Source: Nageia nagi
Lineage: Eukaryota > Plantae > Pinophyta
DNA length: 64,000 nt
Reading direction: 5' to 3'
NCBI GenBank assembly: GCA_050084985.1
Contig: JBITNC010000001.1
Span: 167,462,001-167,526,000 of the forward strand
This document shows, piece by piece, positions 1 through 14,072 of the stretch (position 1 is its first letter; every line of letters begins with the position of its first letter). The translations under genes were made by a program, and so were the position numbers. Below the pieces are notes generated by a model. It was given only the letters and a program-made list of their open reading frames with translations, was not told the DNA's origin and searched no databases.

Positions 1-827
1 AATGCTTAAATGCCTATATTATGATATGAGATGAAATATAATACAAACCCTAGCTCCCATAGCTAGACATTACCTCCAAGGAGCCAACTAGGGTACAACA
101 ATATGAAACCCTCATTGAAATACTATCGTACCATGGGATAGATGTACTCCCTTAGACTCTGAATCCTCTCCATTGGAGGAGCCCTCCTTGAACCTTAAAT
201 ATCCATTAAAGGAAAAAGTGTATCCTTGGAATGCCATCAGATGGGCTTGGTGACCCACCAAAGCCATAAATAGTTAGGATCCCAACACCTACCTACCCTC
301 TAGATGACCCACCTAGGAAGAGTTACTTAGCATCATTAAGACTTGTTACCCAAAGGTTTGTTATTAGTGTATAATAATGAAGTGGTAATTAGTAATGAGC
401 CTCATATGTCTATTTATACCTTTCTCATGTTCAAAACTTGGTTCAAAATCATTCCAAGCCCTTTTATTCCAACTTTGGGTATTTAAGGAGGCCCAATTAA
501 CTTAAAGTGCCAACTTGAGGGTCTTGGAGCTCTCATAGGATAACATGGGGGTGTGGGACCCTCCCTAGGCTAACACTAGCATCTTGATGATCATCTAGCC
601 TGATAAAGCACATATCTACCTTGGGATTCCCACAACTTGGTATCTCTAATACAAAACATGCCTATTATACTACATAAGAGGGAGACATCCCACTTAGGGC
701 TCATAATGGGGTCCATATGACCCATTATTATTCATGTCCAAAGTTATAATGAAGTACATGAAAACATAGTAACTATAGAATAAGATGAACATACAAGTCC
801 CATTAAAAGTACAAGGGGAACATCACA
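1..827 (-). repeat. 3' LTR (truncated by window edge)
   Basis: Colinear with ~4665-5485 (e.g. GCCTATATTATGATATGA at 12 and 4677). Ends ...GGGGAACATCACA, i.e. TG start on minus, abutting the PPT. Confidence 0.85.
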
Positions 828-1259
828 AAGCCTCCCTTATCAAATTGCTTGCCCTCAAGCAATCATAAGAGATTACAACATCTAGTCTCCTATGCATCCT
901 CTAAATCTATCACCTATAGTACATGATTGTAGAATGCAACCTCAATATGCCCTATGCTAGATGATGGTGAGAAGTGAATAGTTGTAGCTCCATGCTCCTA
1001 GCTTAGTACAAGTGGTAGACTCTTTGATCTACTATAATTATTACTCCTCATCATATACTCAATGATGATCCTCCATAGCTATGGAAGTGCATGCACACCC
1101 ATAGTGAAATGTACTTACAAAAACCTAGGAAAGATAGTAGTTACTAAAAATCAAGTAGAGCCTAAGCTCCACTTAGGTAGTAGGGTCTCCTCTAAGATCT
1201 CCTCAAAAACTCCCAAGCTCCCCATAGTTAGGGTGAGGTAAGAAACCATCTCATCCTCC

Positions 1260-1620
1260 AACTCCTGAGACCTCCAATAAACCATCTTGGCCTCCACAAG
1301 CCCCAACATGGGGTTTCCATCACCATGACATATCTCAATAATAATATTGGCCTCTTCAAGCCTCAAAGTGGGGTGTCCATCATCATGACACCTCCCAATA
1401 GTAACTCTAGCCTCTTTGATCCTCAACATGGGGCTCCAATCCTCTTGGAGGCCTAATGTGGCAAGATGATCCTCCCATATGCTCAAAATAGCATGAAAAA
1501 CCTCCCAAATGCTCAACATGGGATGGCTACTCCTCAAGAAGTTCAATGTGTGTGGGAAAATCTCCAATGTGCCCAACATGTGGTGGAAACCCTCCCAGAT
1601 TCCCAACATACATCCAACAA
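1260..1620. repeat. Degenerate 60-bp and 30-bp tandem repeats inside the LTR element
   Basis: CATGACA..C.CAATA recurs at 1325/1385 (60-bp period). CCTCCCA-like units start at 1471, 1501, 1531, 1561 and 1591 (30-bp period). Confidence 0.75.
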
Positions 1621-4354
1621 AATTGTCCTCAAGAGTGTTCACAACAATATTCAAATATGAACTATTATATTTAGAGTGAAGTGAAACCAACACCCCAACC
1701 TACATGTTAGCATATGAAATGTAAGCTACTATCAATTTGCAAGGATATGTGATCATTCCCATGCACTCAAAGTCACCAAATAGGTCTAGAAAACTAGTAG
1801 TCCTCCTACATCCCAATGATATCCATGATGAGCATAGCATGGAGTGTAAACTTGGGGTGGCACTTCCCCCAACCATTGCTAATTTCTCCTCATGCAATAA
1901 TGTCTTCAAGTCATGTAGAGTGGAACAAAACATTTGATTCCAAAAATTAGCAAGTGTGTGATACTCATATATGAAATGAAAGTCAGCATATAATGGCTTA
2001 AAATTAGTTCTCAATGCTCCCCATGCATCATATGAACACATGATAATAATTTCTACTATGGACAAGGAAGTTTTCAACTTGGATGCTTCCAAAATATCCC
2101 CAAATGTTACAAGGAAAGTCATCCATGGAATCTTAAATTATGTACAATCAATAGGTAACACACCAATCCCTAAGATGCCAATAATAGACCAAGCATAGTA
2201 CCAAAATCCCATGCAATGTTCAATATTCCATTACTCATCAAATGCATCCATTAACTTAGATTTATCAATCCTTAATCCATCATCAAAGCATGCAATAATA
2301 CATACACTAAAAGTAACCAATGTGTCATCAATTTTAGTCCCTACTATCCTCAAAAGTGTTGTCCAAATAGCCAAGGATGTAGCCCTATTATTTATGAAGA
2401 ATGTAGCCTAAGGTGTTGAAAATAATGGAAACATTTTAGTACCAATTGTCTTCCATCTTCCCCTATCAAATGATGCCCTTGAAATGCACCAACTCACATT
2501 AAAGAAACCTAAAATCAAATTTGAATATTCCCCTTCTAAATTAGTCCATACCAAGCACAAAGATGAGTTATCATCATATAATATATCCTTTTGGGGTAGG
2601 AAAGTAGCTTCTAAATCAACATGATTCCTTACCCCAAATAGTAATGAATATTTACAAAAATAATAACCATACAAAACAACAAATTTACTTTCCTTATTCT
2701 TGATGCATTGGTTGCAAGTGAATGTGTTATGAGAAAGTGTGATTCCCTTCTTATGCATTAATCTTTCAAGTGAGACTATGGATTCCTACAAACACATAAA
2801 TAATAAAAGTGAGCTAGAACAAGTGAGGCCATTCCCCCATGTCATGTGCCAAAGATCAAAGCGATTCCAAGGACCATCAAGTCTTTTATCATTGGTTGAG
2901 ACTATTTTTCCTTTCTTCTCTAAGGCTAATTTGGAAAACTACATGTTGTCTTCTTCATTCCCCATCAACACCTCCAACCTTCTAAATCTCCCATTGTGTG
3001 CTAACACTCCTAGATCCCATGGAACTAGAAGTCTATTGCAATTGACATGAAGAATTGATTCCTCCCACACATCACACCTTGAAACCAAATGCATGAAACT
3101 AATATATGCATACTCACAATTGACATTCATATCTACATCAAGCTTCTTGTTCCTTACTACATTTTCAACAAATAGGAGTGATTGCATTTTTAAGGAAATA
3201 TCTTATAGCTCTACTTGACATACCTCACATGGTGATATAATGATTTCCAATTTCCCAATATTTGAAATAGTATTTCCTTCTTTGCAATCTTTATCTTCTT
3301 CCATGCTAGGCTCATGCTCTTTACCTTTCTCATTACTATCTCCCAAAACCAAATCTAAAATAACAATGGTTCTTTCATCTTCCTCCTCAACATTTTTACT
3401 TTCAACAACACCATGTAATACTTTTTAATTACTATTATAAAAATTATAATCACTTCCATACCTTTTTGGGGTGTCAACATGGCTGATCCAAGTCTCACAA
3501 TGAAGTAAGGGATGTTGTAGAGAGTGTGCAATCTCCTTCTAAGAAATAGGTGATGCTTATGTTTTGTTACATACTACTTTAGATCTAAGTGAAAGCTTCC
3601 ATCCACTTCTTTTATTCAGATCAAAGGGAGTGAATACATCCTTGATGCTTTTGAATGGCCCAGATCTAGATGTTGGGTGTATGGTTGGTTTTTCCCTTCT
3701 AAAGATGGATTTCCTTTCTACTGCCACACCCTATCCCCAGAGATCTTGGTATACCTAGAAAGTGATGTCTCTTTGGAATTATCTGGTGTTTCCTTAGTAG
3801 ATTTGGAGCAAAAATTTTATCCTTTATGGAGTCTTATGTGGTGGAATAGATCCAAGATTCCATGTCTATCCTCTCTTCTTATACATCTTCTCCTCATGTA
3901 ATTCACCTAAAAACCATAATAGCATCTCCCTTTCATCTAGAGAGATCTTGTACTATTCAAATTCATGGAGTAACTAGAGGTAAACTACCTCACCATACTC
4001 ATATTTCTTCACCCTTACTATAGATATGGCTAAAATTTCTCTTTCCATTAGTGCTAGTTCTGATTTCTTTATGTAGAATGCAAATCTTACTAAAGCTTCA
4101 AAATAACCCTAGCAAAAAATCTAAAATCTCCTAACTAGTTAGGGTAATAGATCAAGACTTTTAATACCTTAAAATGTTCTTTAGATATGGAAATATATTC
4201 TCCAAACCCTAGACAACTTAGTCTAGGAAATCAAACTTTTTTGAAAAACTATTATTTTTATCCTGAAATTGGCCTTTTAAGTGTAGGACCTCCCAATTTA
4301 CTGGGTCAACTTGCTTCTAGCTAGAACTTAACCTCATAGGCTAGCAAGATCTAG

Positions 4355-4366
4355 GCTCTGATACCA
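4355..4366 (-). other. Primer-binding site, initiator tRNA-Met
   Basis: GCTCTGATACCA is the reverse complement of TGGTATCAGAGC. Confidence 0.9.
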
Positions 4367-4368
4367 CT

Positions 4369-5485
4369 TATGAGGATCCAAAATGAAACTTAAACCAAAT
4401 ATTTGTAACAATAATCAAAACTAGTAAACTAGGGCTTCCAACACCCTTAATAATGCATCCATAACACTAATGTTGGGCCTCTAGGGTACCATATATACAT
4501 ACAATGTTTATGTCAACCCTCTAAGGCCTATAAACACACTACACACCCAAAAAATGCTCACAATGATGATTATACAAGTCTACAACATCAACAATGGCCA
4601 TAATATAGAAAACCAACATAAACAAATACCACAAATACACATGAATAATACAATACTGAGATCTAATGACCAAAGGCCTATATTATGATATGATATGAAA
4701 TACAATACAAACCCCAGCTTGTAGAGCTAGAAGTTGGCCTTGAAGGAGCTAACTAGGGTACAACAATATGAAACCCTCATTGAAATGAACCATAGGATAG
4801 ATGCACTCCCTCAAACTTTGAATCCTATCCACTAAAGGAGCCCTCCTTGAATCTTGGATATCCACTAAAGGAAGAAGTATATCCTTAAAATGCCATCGAA
4901 TGGTCTTAGTGACCCACCAAATTCATAGATAGTCAAGATCCTAATATCTACCTACCCTCTAGATGACTTGCCTAGGAAGAGTTGCATAGCACTGCTAAGA
5001 CTTATTACCTAAAGGTTTGGTATAAGTGCATGCTAATCAAGTGGTAATCAATAATAAGCCTTATATATCAATTTATACCTTTTTCATGTGTAGAACTTGC
5101 CTTAAAATCATTCCAAACCCTTCTATTCGAACATTAGGTATTTGGGGGGTCCAATTCACTTCAAGTGCCAACATGGGGGTCTTGGAGCCCTCATGGGCTA
5201 ATGTGGGGATGTGGGTCTCTCCCTAGGCTAATGCTAGCATCATGATGGCTTTCTAGAATGATAAAGCACAAATTTACCTTGGGATTCCCACAACCCAGGA
5301 TCTCTAATACAAAACATGCTTATTCTACTACTCATGAGGGAGACGTCCCACTTGGGGCTCACAATGGGATCCACATGACCCATTATTATTCTTTTCATAA
5401 GTTATAATGAAGTACATGAAAACATACTAACTATAGTACAAGATGACCATATTGGTACCACTAAAAGTATAAGGGGGATGTCATA
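4369..5485 (-). repeat. 5' LTR (~1.12 kb)
   Basis: Starts 2 bp from the PBS. Ends ...GGGGGATGTCATA, a decayed match to the end of the left LTR at 827. Confidence 0.85.
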
Positions 5486-7160
5486 ATTCCATAACATTAG
5501 ATGAACTTCTATCTTACAGATTAGAAGAGGAGGTACATAGGGCCATAGGTCAAGCTAGTTTTTATCAATATTACCAAGCTACATACCATATCTTAGTTCT
5601 TAGAGCTATCATAGAGGAGGCACAGTATAAATCTTCAAAAGTATTATATTGCTTTATTAATTTTAGAAAATCCTTTTATATTGTATCTCAATATCTACTA
5701 CTTGAGATATTCTAATCAATTGGCATATATGGAGAACTTATTATATTAATATCTAGACTATATGAGTTAGTGAATGGATGCTTTTAGTACTCTCAAGGAA
5801 TATCTAACAATATTCTTAGTACCATAGGAGTGAAACATGGTTTCCCCCTTTCCCCAACACTCTTTGGGATCTTCATAGATGAGCTTGAGTCTTTTCTTTG
5901 AGCACATACACATGAAGATAATGGATGTTCACTTCATAAAGTTTTGATCTCTCTTCTTCTTTTTGGTAATAATGTTATTCTTTTAGCTTCAACTATTGAG
6001 GGACTCAAACAACAATTGGATGCACTAGCACCTTTTTGTAGTCTCAAAAAATTATCAATGAACCTTACTAAGAACAAGATCATGCTTTTCAATTCTACCA
6101 AGAGGGTTGTATATAATATTCATTTTCATATTCAAGGATGAGCAATAAAAATCATAGACTCCTATGTCTACCTTGGAGTTCTTTTCATTAGGCCCAATTT
6201 ACAGATGAAATTTACCACCCAAGCTCGCATTAGTAAGGTGTATGGAACTCTTTCCCTACTTGAGTGGAGTTTCTTCAAAGCTTACTTTTGAGACATCCTA
6301 ATTCAGATGAAGATCTTTTATACCTGGGTTAAGCTAACTATTACTTATAGTTTAGAGATATGGGATCCCATTCTTGGTATGAATGAATGACCTCATATTG
6401 AAAAAGTACATATAATTTTTCTTTTAAGGTTTATATGATGCAAAAGCACAACCCCTTACTCCATTATCCTTGAGAAGTTTGGATCTTCACTTATTTAGTT
6501 GGAAAGTATTTCAAATATCATTACCTATCTTTGTAGGCTTCAAACTATGCCAAATATCCCTTTTAGGTGTAGAAGGTACCCTTACCTTGCTTTATTCTCT
6601 TCAATTTCCCTTTATTCGAGTCTTAAGAGGAGATAAAGGGGATGGTATTATGAAGTATCTATACTTATATAAAGTATTTAGATTCATATTGAAAAACTTC
6701 CTTCTTACTTCCTTGGAGTTCTCCATTATATCCATTGCACTTAGATATCTCCCATTACCCCCCTCTCCCCCAAGCTATCCTTTTATCATGAGCATTTTCT
6801 CCACATATAATATAGCTAGATAGTGTCTCCTCAATACCTCCAACAATTTATGATACATGGTATATACATGCCTCCATTCCAAGGGTAGCTTCAAGTATGC
6901 TCCCATCAACTTTAGGTTGAAGCAAATTATCATACACTAGGAAAAGAGCATATGTGTATGTTTCATTCTCTAGGAGAAGTAGAAACTCTACATCATTTCA
7001 TTTTCTATTATCTGATATACTTTGATATTAGAGATATATTTTATTGTCTCTTCAAGAGTGACTCATGCTCTATATCAACATTTTTACATATAAGGACCAA
7101 CATTATCTCATACTTTATATCAGATAAGCAATTCATTTTCATCAACAAGAAATCTCTTAT
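5486..7160 (+). mobile_element. Degenerate non-L1 LINE reverse transcriptase remnant (RTE-X/CR1-like)
   Basis: Decayed RT motifs: GQASF (QAGF, ~5548), IGVKHGFPLSPTLFG (~5824), LLLFGNNVILLA (FADD decayed), LSMNLTKNKIMLFN. C-terminal SHQLxVE...C...GEVE..HF....Y..IR. Many stops and frameshifts. Confidence 0.85.
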
Positions 7161-8269
7161 CTAAGTGCCTCTCATACTCCATAATCTCATAGTATCACAA
7201 ACTACTTCAACAATTCTAATAGATTGAGGGTGGATGAAAATGTTGGCCGAAAATGACAAGCACCAAATCATCTAGACACTAGTAGCATAACTAGATAATG
7301 TACTAGTAGAATTTTGAGACTCCAAACCAATGATGGAAATAGATAAATCAATGATTTTTTCAATAATATATAATGTTATAAGAGAATAATTATGGATTAT
7401 CTCTCATATTTGCATAGCATATTTTATACTCTTTATATTTATTTTATGTTTTCTCATTTTTTAGGCACTTTTGGCCCACCTACTTGTAGATTTTACTATT
7501 CTATTTTCCCAGTCCCTTGGGCCTCCTTTGGGCCATCATGGAAATTAATAATATTTAATTTTATTTCAGTTCCTTTTTTAATCCATTAGTAAATGATAAA
7601 AAAATTCCTCTTTAGGAGAGTAAAGATTCAAAATTGAACATTGGAGCAAGTTCCCTATGATCTAGCTAGAAATTATTCAATAGGTCCAACATCTTGAATA
7701 GCAATATGCTCAGTGAGAGCGTTGATAATATGATCATGGTATTAAGAATGGGTAGAGATGGGATAAATGAAACATAAATTTATCCTCCATTCAAATTCAA
7801 TATATATTTTAGATGTATATCATGTTTGAACTACATAGAAAAATGGTTGAAAATTGTTGCAATAGGCTCTGATTGGTAATGGGTGTTTGGATCTAGTTGA
7901 CTTTGATCTTGATTCATCTAGCATGTATAGTTTTTTTTCATAATATATGAGCTAATTTGGTTGGAGGATAGGAGTAGCCATGAATGAATAATGGGTTTGA
8001 TAATGAGCAATGGATATTCTGGTGAGACTATTATTAAGAATTTGAAATTTAGTAATGAAGTTAATTATAGATTTTCTTCATCCAATGATAATGTGGTATA
8101 TATGTTGATTTGTATTATAGTTGTCTTATCTATGATGAAGATAATGTACAATATAGTTAACTTTTGCTCAAAAATATATTCAAATATTCTAAATGATCAA
8201 CAATCAAAATATGAAAGGTAGAAGTGCCTCAAGCCAAGGATTTCTTATTTCCAAGGAAAACTTCTCTTG

Positions 8270-8900
8270 GGAACTTATGTCTAGTTTTAAAGGGTGACAA
8301 CATATCTATACCAAATGATCACACCAATTTTCCATATGCTTAGGAAATTAACTATCTGGTTACAAAATTTATGGATGTGCTCTCATACATGGACACTATT
8401 AGACATATAGCTTTTTCCAAATTGAAGCTGAATGAGTATGTAGACATTGTTGGATTTTTAAAATATTTCTTTGATCTTCCATATTCAACTTGAGGATGAA
8501 GATGCTATGGAGAGAATTCTATAATAGAGTCCCTAGTATTATGATTAAAGAGGCTTATTTATAAAAAGGTGGAATTCAAATTTTTAATCATTATATGTAG
8601 AATATCAATCATGCTTCAATCTAGGAAAGGCTTCTCAATCTACCTTATTATCTTTGGCAAAAAAATATTTTTGTAAGAATTGGAGGTAAACTAGATAAAG
8701 AGAAATTATAGTAGGAATATCTCATCTCATTCAATAAATAATTTGTGCTAACTTAGATTTAGAAAAGAAACCTTTTAAATCAATTTATCTAGTTTCCTAT
8801 AGAGGATATTGGATTAAAGTGTTAGAATATGGGAATAAGATTCCCAAATGTAATAGTTACCTAAAAGTTGGGCATTTGAATAAGGATTTTCATTTAAATA
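8270..8900 (+). mobile_element. L1-type ORF1 remnant (DUF4283 and zinc-knuckle-like)
   Basis: EDAMERIL...RGLFIKRW resembles DUF4283. LEYGNKIPKCNSYLKVGHL resembles the CX2CX4HX4C knuckle region. Heavily decayed. Confidence 0.55.
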
Positions 8901-9489
8901 AAATCACTTTTAAACAATGGAAAAAATGAAATGAAATCAAATTATGAAGGATTCAATCCAAATATGAATAGGAAGAATAACTAAGTATAGAAGACACAAT
9001 GAAGGATGTGGGGAATAGAGTCAAGCAAAAATAAAATAAGGATTAAGTTTGGCAAGTGAAGACTAAAGGTCAATAAGTGCTAAAGGAAGAGGAATACTTG
9101 TATAAAATATGTCATAAATCCTTTGGGCTATTATGAATATGGATAACATTGAAGAATAGGTTGAGTACAAATATAAGATATGCTCAGTAGCCCATGTAAT
9201 GTTGAAGCTATTAATGCTATCCCATTTGGTAATCCATTTAACTCAATCCTTGACATAGGATCATTATGTCAACTTGTTGTATGATTGCTACTTATACATT
9301 AAAACCATTTTTGGTTAATGGTTGTATTGTAAACCATTTTTTAAAATGGTTAAGTATTTGAACTTTGTAGAACCATCTAAATTCTATTACTTTCTTACAA
9401 GTTCTCATCTCTTCTTGTATTCTTATGGAGAAGAACTCTCTTACTCTTTCTCTCTCTTTCTTCTCAACTCTCTAACACAATATTACATT

Positions 9490-10033
9490 AAGGGGGAGTG
9501 TTAGAATTTTAATGCATTATTGTAATGTCCCTTAATGTAATTCACTTAATACTTAAGGGCATCCTTAGATACCTTAAGAATTTAGTGAATATGATAATGT
9601 AACTTGTCCCACATGTGACTTGTCCTACACTCCATCTCATGAGCATGCCCCTTGGGTAAAAGGGTGATGCATATCATGAATTTGTATAATGGTTAATAGG
9701 GTGATCCAAGGGAAGATTTTGTCCTATAAATAGAGGACCATATCCTTAAGAACATACACTTGGAGAAACATGAAAATGGTAGTCTTATAGAGCTGTAGGA
9801 ATGATCTTGTAGGGATTTTGTTGGATAATTCTTATAAAATAATTCTTAAGAATTTGTAGAAGAGTTCAATTGTAAAAAATAATAGAAAATATGGTTCAAA
9901 GTGGATGTACTCCTATGATGGAGGAACTACTATACATGGTGTGTCTCATTGTGCATGAAATTGTATTTCTTGTGTTGAAGATTTATGGAATCCTTCAAGG
10001 TGATATTAGTTATGGAATCTTGCAATTCCATCA
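9490..10033 (+). mobile_element. Copia-type 3' LTR with PPT (truncated element)
   Basis: AAGGGGGAG immediately followed by TGTTAG (9499). TATAAATA at 9725. GTGGATGTAC...GGAACTAC core (~9901) resembles the LTR core of the other two copias. Ends ...CCATCA at 10033, where the A/B homology starts. Confidence 0.6.
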
Positions 10034-11854
10034 GGCCCTCTAAAGTGGAATCATTAATCCTCTCATGGAAGACATTAGTAACATACCTCTTCTCCTTATC
10101 ATTGGGAATTTGATTAGGGAGCTATTTCTTCACATTGGTAGGATGATAGAACTTCAATGTAGATGTAGGATTCACCACATATAGGTTGGTATTCTACTCC
10201 TACTATTACTTTGATTACTAGCAATAATAGCATCTGGGATGCTTAACACTCCCCCACTCTCGATGTTAATATGAAAAGTTGGGGTGAGGAAGTATTTGAT
10301 GTTAATGCACATTATCATAAAGGTGATGGCTAGTATATTCAACCTATTCTAGCTAATACATGGGACAAGATGATGAAAGAGGAACCACCTACTAGGAGAT
10401 TTTAGTTTGATCCTTAAGGGTGTCTAAATGATGTTGTTATGATATATTTTTTAATAATAATGAAACATTAATATATGTACCATTTAACTGATAATGGTTT
10501 TTGGTAGTAGTTTTTTTTATTCCTAATACATGGTTAGGATTAGTGTAGGCCTGCCTAGGGGTGTGAATTTTGCCACCCTCAATCTTTTTTAACTATAAAT
10601 GATTTTATTTAATATAATTTTCTTTTTTCATAAAAATAAAAATATAAATTTAAAATATTGTTATATTATAGAAATTATTAGTTGATAAAATTTAAGATAA
10701 GAAGTTAGTTTTTGGGGTATAATAATTTTTAATATAAAAGAAAATTATATGAAATTAGAATATAATATATTTTTAGAATCAAAAGGGAAATGGATGTATT
10801 TACTTTACCTAAAATGGGTAATCACGACAACCTAGATCTAATGTGCAAATGCATCTATAATACAAATTATAATTTAATGAAGTTAACTTAATGATTCTAA
10901 GGGAAAATATCACAAATTAGGAGGTACGAAGCGAGGAGATTCATAGGTAGAAGACACTAGAGAGAAGGAGGTTCTATGGAGGAAGGAGAATAATATGATA
11001 ATGCATATGGTGATTGCATGGTGGCTTGGCTTGGTTTTTTTGATCCAAAATCCTTCAAAGTAATGATTTTTTTATGTGGAGTTCATTTTGGCCTTTGATG
11101 TCATATTTAGGGCTTCAAGAAATCAAGCTTTGATGCATAGGTCTTAGACTTTTTCAAGATAGACTCTTGGCTTTGTCTAGTGGATTTTAAAATAAGGGAT
11201 TTAAGAGTGAAATCAAAGTATTTTATGTCAAATTAAAACTTGCATAGGATGGATTTCACCTTTATGGGGTTCTATTGGTACTTCCCCTTGGGTGGAAAAT
11301 CATTGTTTGTTTTATTGTCTTGGCATCATAGGTTTTAGATTAGATAAACAACATTGAATCATGTTGTGAATAGAAAGGGGTGTTGGGTGCTTAGTGGGGT
11401 TACATAAGGGCTAGTCAAGGATCACTTGTGAACATAATAGGTACACCCTCTTTGGTTAATTTTGATGATAATTTAGTTTAAATAGGGGTTGAATGAGGAA
11501 TACCTATGAATACTTTATGACTATGATAACAGATGCATCATGTGCATTTCATATGCTTAGAATATTATAGCATACACACACGAGGGTTTTTTTTGCATAA
11601 AATTAGAATGGAAACACTATGGATTCCATAGTTGAGACACATTAATGTATCCATAGTAGTTTCAAATGTAAATATTAATATTTAGGCTTATCTTTTGAAA
11701 TACTTTAGTTTGTAACTAGAATTTGAGTTATGGATTTCCATGAACTTTACATTCCTTGCATTGATGTAATTAAAGTTGAATCAAGAAGGTATGATTGAAA
11801 TTTATTATAATAGATTGAGAACCAATTTAAAAATCCATTTTAAATTTACCCTTA

Positions 11855-12900
11855 CAAAAAAAATACAAGTGACTTTTATGTATTCTAGCACATTTCCATA
11901 TTTAAATAACTTACACAAAACTATTGTTAGCTACTCCTTGATGAATATCAAATCTTCTTCTATCAAATAATTAATTATCATTTCGATGTACCCATTATGT
12001 GTATATATTTTGATCATTACAAACCATAAGGTGATGTTTCAATGACACAACAAGCCATTTCAAATTTTCTATTTTATGAATATCCTACAAAAATTTGATT
12101 CCATGATGTAATGTATCTAGTAATAAAACTCCTTTGGCATCATATATTTGAAGGATATTGCAAAAATTGTAGATTTTGATAATTGTATTTATTTAAAAAT
12201 GTATATGACATTGTCAACAAATCTATTTTGTTCAAATCCATCTACCAATTGTATATCATACATCTATCTCTCTAATACATTTATTTTGTAAAATTACATC
12301 TACATCAATTGCATATTCTTTAAACTTGCATTCATGTTTGAAAAAGAATTTACAACTAAGAAATATCCTCTTTTAAAGAGCCTTTGATTATGTATAAAAT
12401 TAATTAATTATAAATGCACCATTTTGGTAAATGTTTGTAATGTGCATGCAAAATTACTACTATTTGTTACACTTGTAGTTCTCAATCGCTTCCTAAGATC
12501 TTGCAACTTGTTAGAGAGCATCCTCTATGTATTCTTCAATCCCATATATTTTATAGAATTATGTGTAGTGTTTGATACCTTAAAATAGTCGAAGAAATTT
12601 AAAGGCATCAATGATATAGGATTTGATAACAAACAAAGATTCAATAGTTTAATAATTTTTCAATTTCAGGTAAGAAGTGAAATAAAGCTCTAAAGATTAA
12701 GAGACTTGGAACCATTTAACACTAAGGCCAAGGGAGAGGAAGTTGAATACAAAAAGCTTCTTACTTCAAGGTTGAAAAAGTGGTATAAGCATTGAAGTGA
12801 ATGTTTGGGAAAGAAAAAAGAAACATCCTCTCACCTCTCAATTGGATCCAAATTGATAACAACTACCAAATTATTCTTTTCATTAGCCATGATAAATATA
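11855..12900 (-). pseudogene. PLS-class PPR gene relic A1
   Basis: Minus-strand remnants EYIEDAL, QNRFVDN..YIFK.IQLSKSTIFA and RNITLW.VMI..Y.HNGY resemble the PPR consensus QNGFVEKAL..FKQMQL....STTFASIL / RNVVSW.AMI.GYAQNG. Counterpart of B1. Confidence 0.6.
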
Positions 12901-13585
12901 AATTTATTATATGCAAATTGTCTTGAATTCTAGGTTTATTGCTAGTTACTAGTTGAGCGTTTTAACAAACATCATCATATTATGTTTAATTTAGTTTTAG
13001 AAATTTGTTTAATGATATAGTTTTACTGGGTGGGTATGAGCTATTGTGGTCAATTGTCCTTAGGAGTATTCTTATTTTCCTTGAAATATTTATGGATTAT
13101 TTTATGCTCTTCTTTATATGAGAAATAATCATTTTGATTCCCAATTAATATATATTTACATATAGATAAACTTTGACAGATCTATGTAAAATAATGGATT
13201 TGAAAGAACATTAAAAGACATCAATTTATTTAATTTTTTAACTTCAAAATTCTAATATAATTTTTTACAATGCTTTTGAACTTTAATATTTTGGATAATT
13301 ATATATTGATGGTTTTTTTAAAGTTGTATAATATTGATGGTTTTAATTTTGTAACTTCAAAATTCTAATATAATTTTTTACAATTAGGTAGAGAATCTTA
13401 CATTAATGGTTTTTTATAAAGTTGTATAATATTGATGGTGATACAATAGGAAAGATTGTTAATCAATATGATGGAATTTTGTTTGGATTGACCCAAGGAT
13501 AATCCTAAAGCATAGCATGGATGCTAAAAATTTTACAAGGACTTGGATATCTTTTCGAATGTATAACTGAGCTATGCATCCTTGA

Positions 13586-14072
13586 TGTTAGGATTTTTCT
13601 ATTATTTAATAATAATATTGGGAAATAAATCAATTCATATTTGTAGAAAAACTCAATAATAATCAAAATCAATCACATAAGAGATTGAAACAATATATAA
13701 TGAGGTTCATCTATTGTGGGCTACATCCTTAAAAAATAATCTAGTCCTTTATTCAATCTTCCAAGTAATAGAGGGACTCACCAACAACACTTCATTGTAC
13801 ACATCCTCTTAATGGCTCGATAAGATAAATATCCAATACAGTATCTCTCACACACCCTCCCCAAATTAAATTAATTGCAATTTAACAATTATGGATTCTA
13901 GCTTGGAATTAGACACCAAACAAAGATCCACAAATCATGGCTTTTTTTTTCTATTTTTAGTCGAAGTGAATTTTTTCAATTTACAAATCTTCCAATTTCT
14001 ATAATAGAAATAACTAATTAATAACAAAGAGAAAATTAATTATCATCAATTTTTATGCTCCATTTCTCATCA
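13586..14072 (-). repeat. 3' LTR of copia A
   Basis: 487 bp, colinear with 17931-18418, roughly 15-20% diverged by eye. Confidence 0.9.

Larger units (their letters stand above)
1..5485 (-). mobile_element. Degenerate non-autonomous LTR retrotransposon (LARD-like, probably Ty3/gypsy-derived); left end runs off the window
   Basis: Direct repeats 1-827 and ~4665-5485. tRNA-Met PBS (TGGTATCAGAGC on minus, 4355-4366) next to the right LTR. Polypurine tract (ATAAGGGAGGCTT on minus, 828-840) next to the left LTR. The 3.5-kb interior has only broken ORFs and no recognisable RT, RNase H or integrase. Confidence 0.85.
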
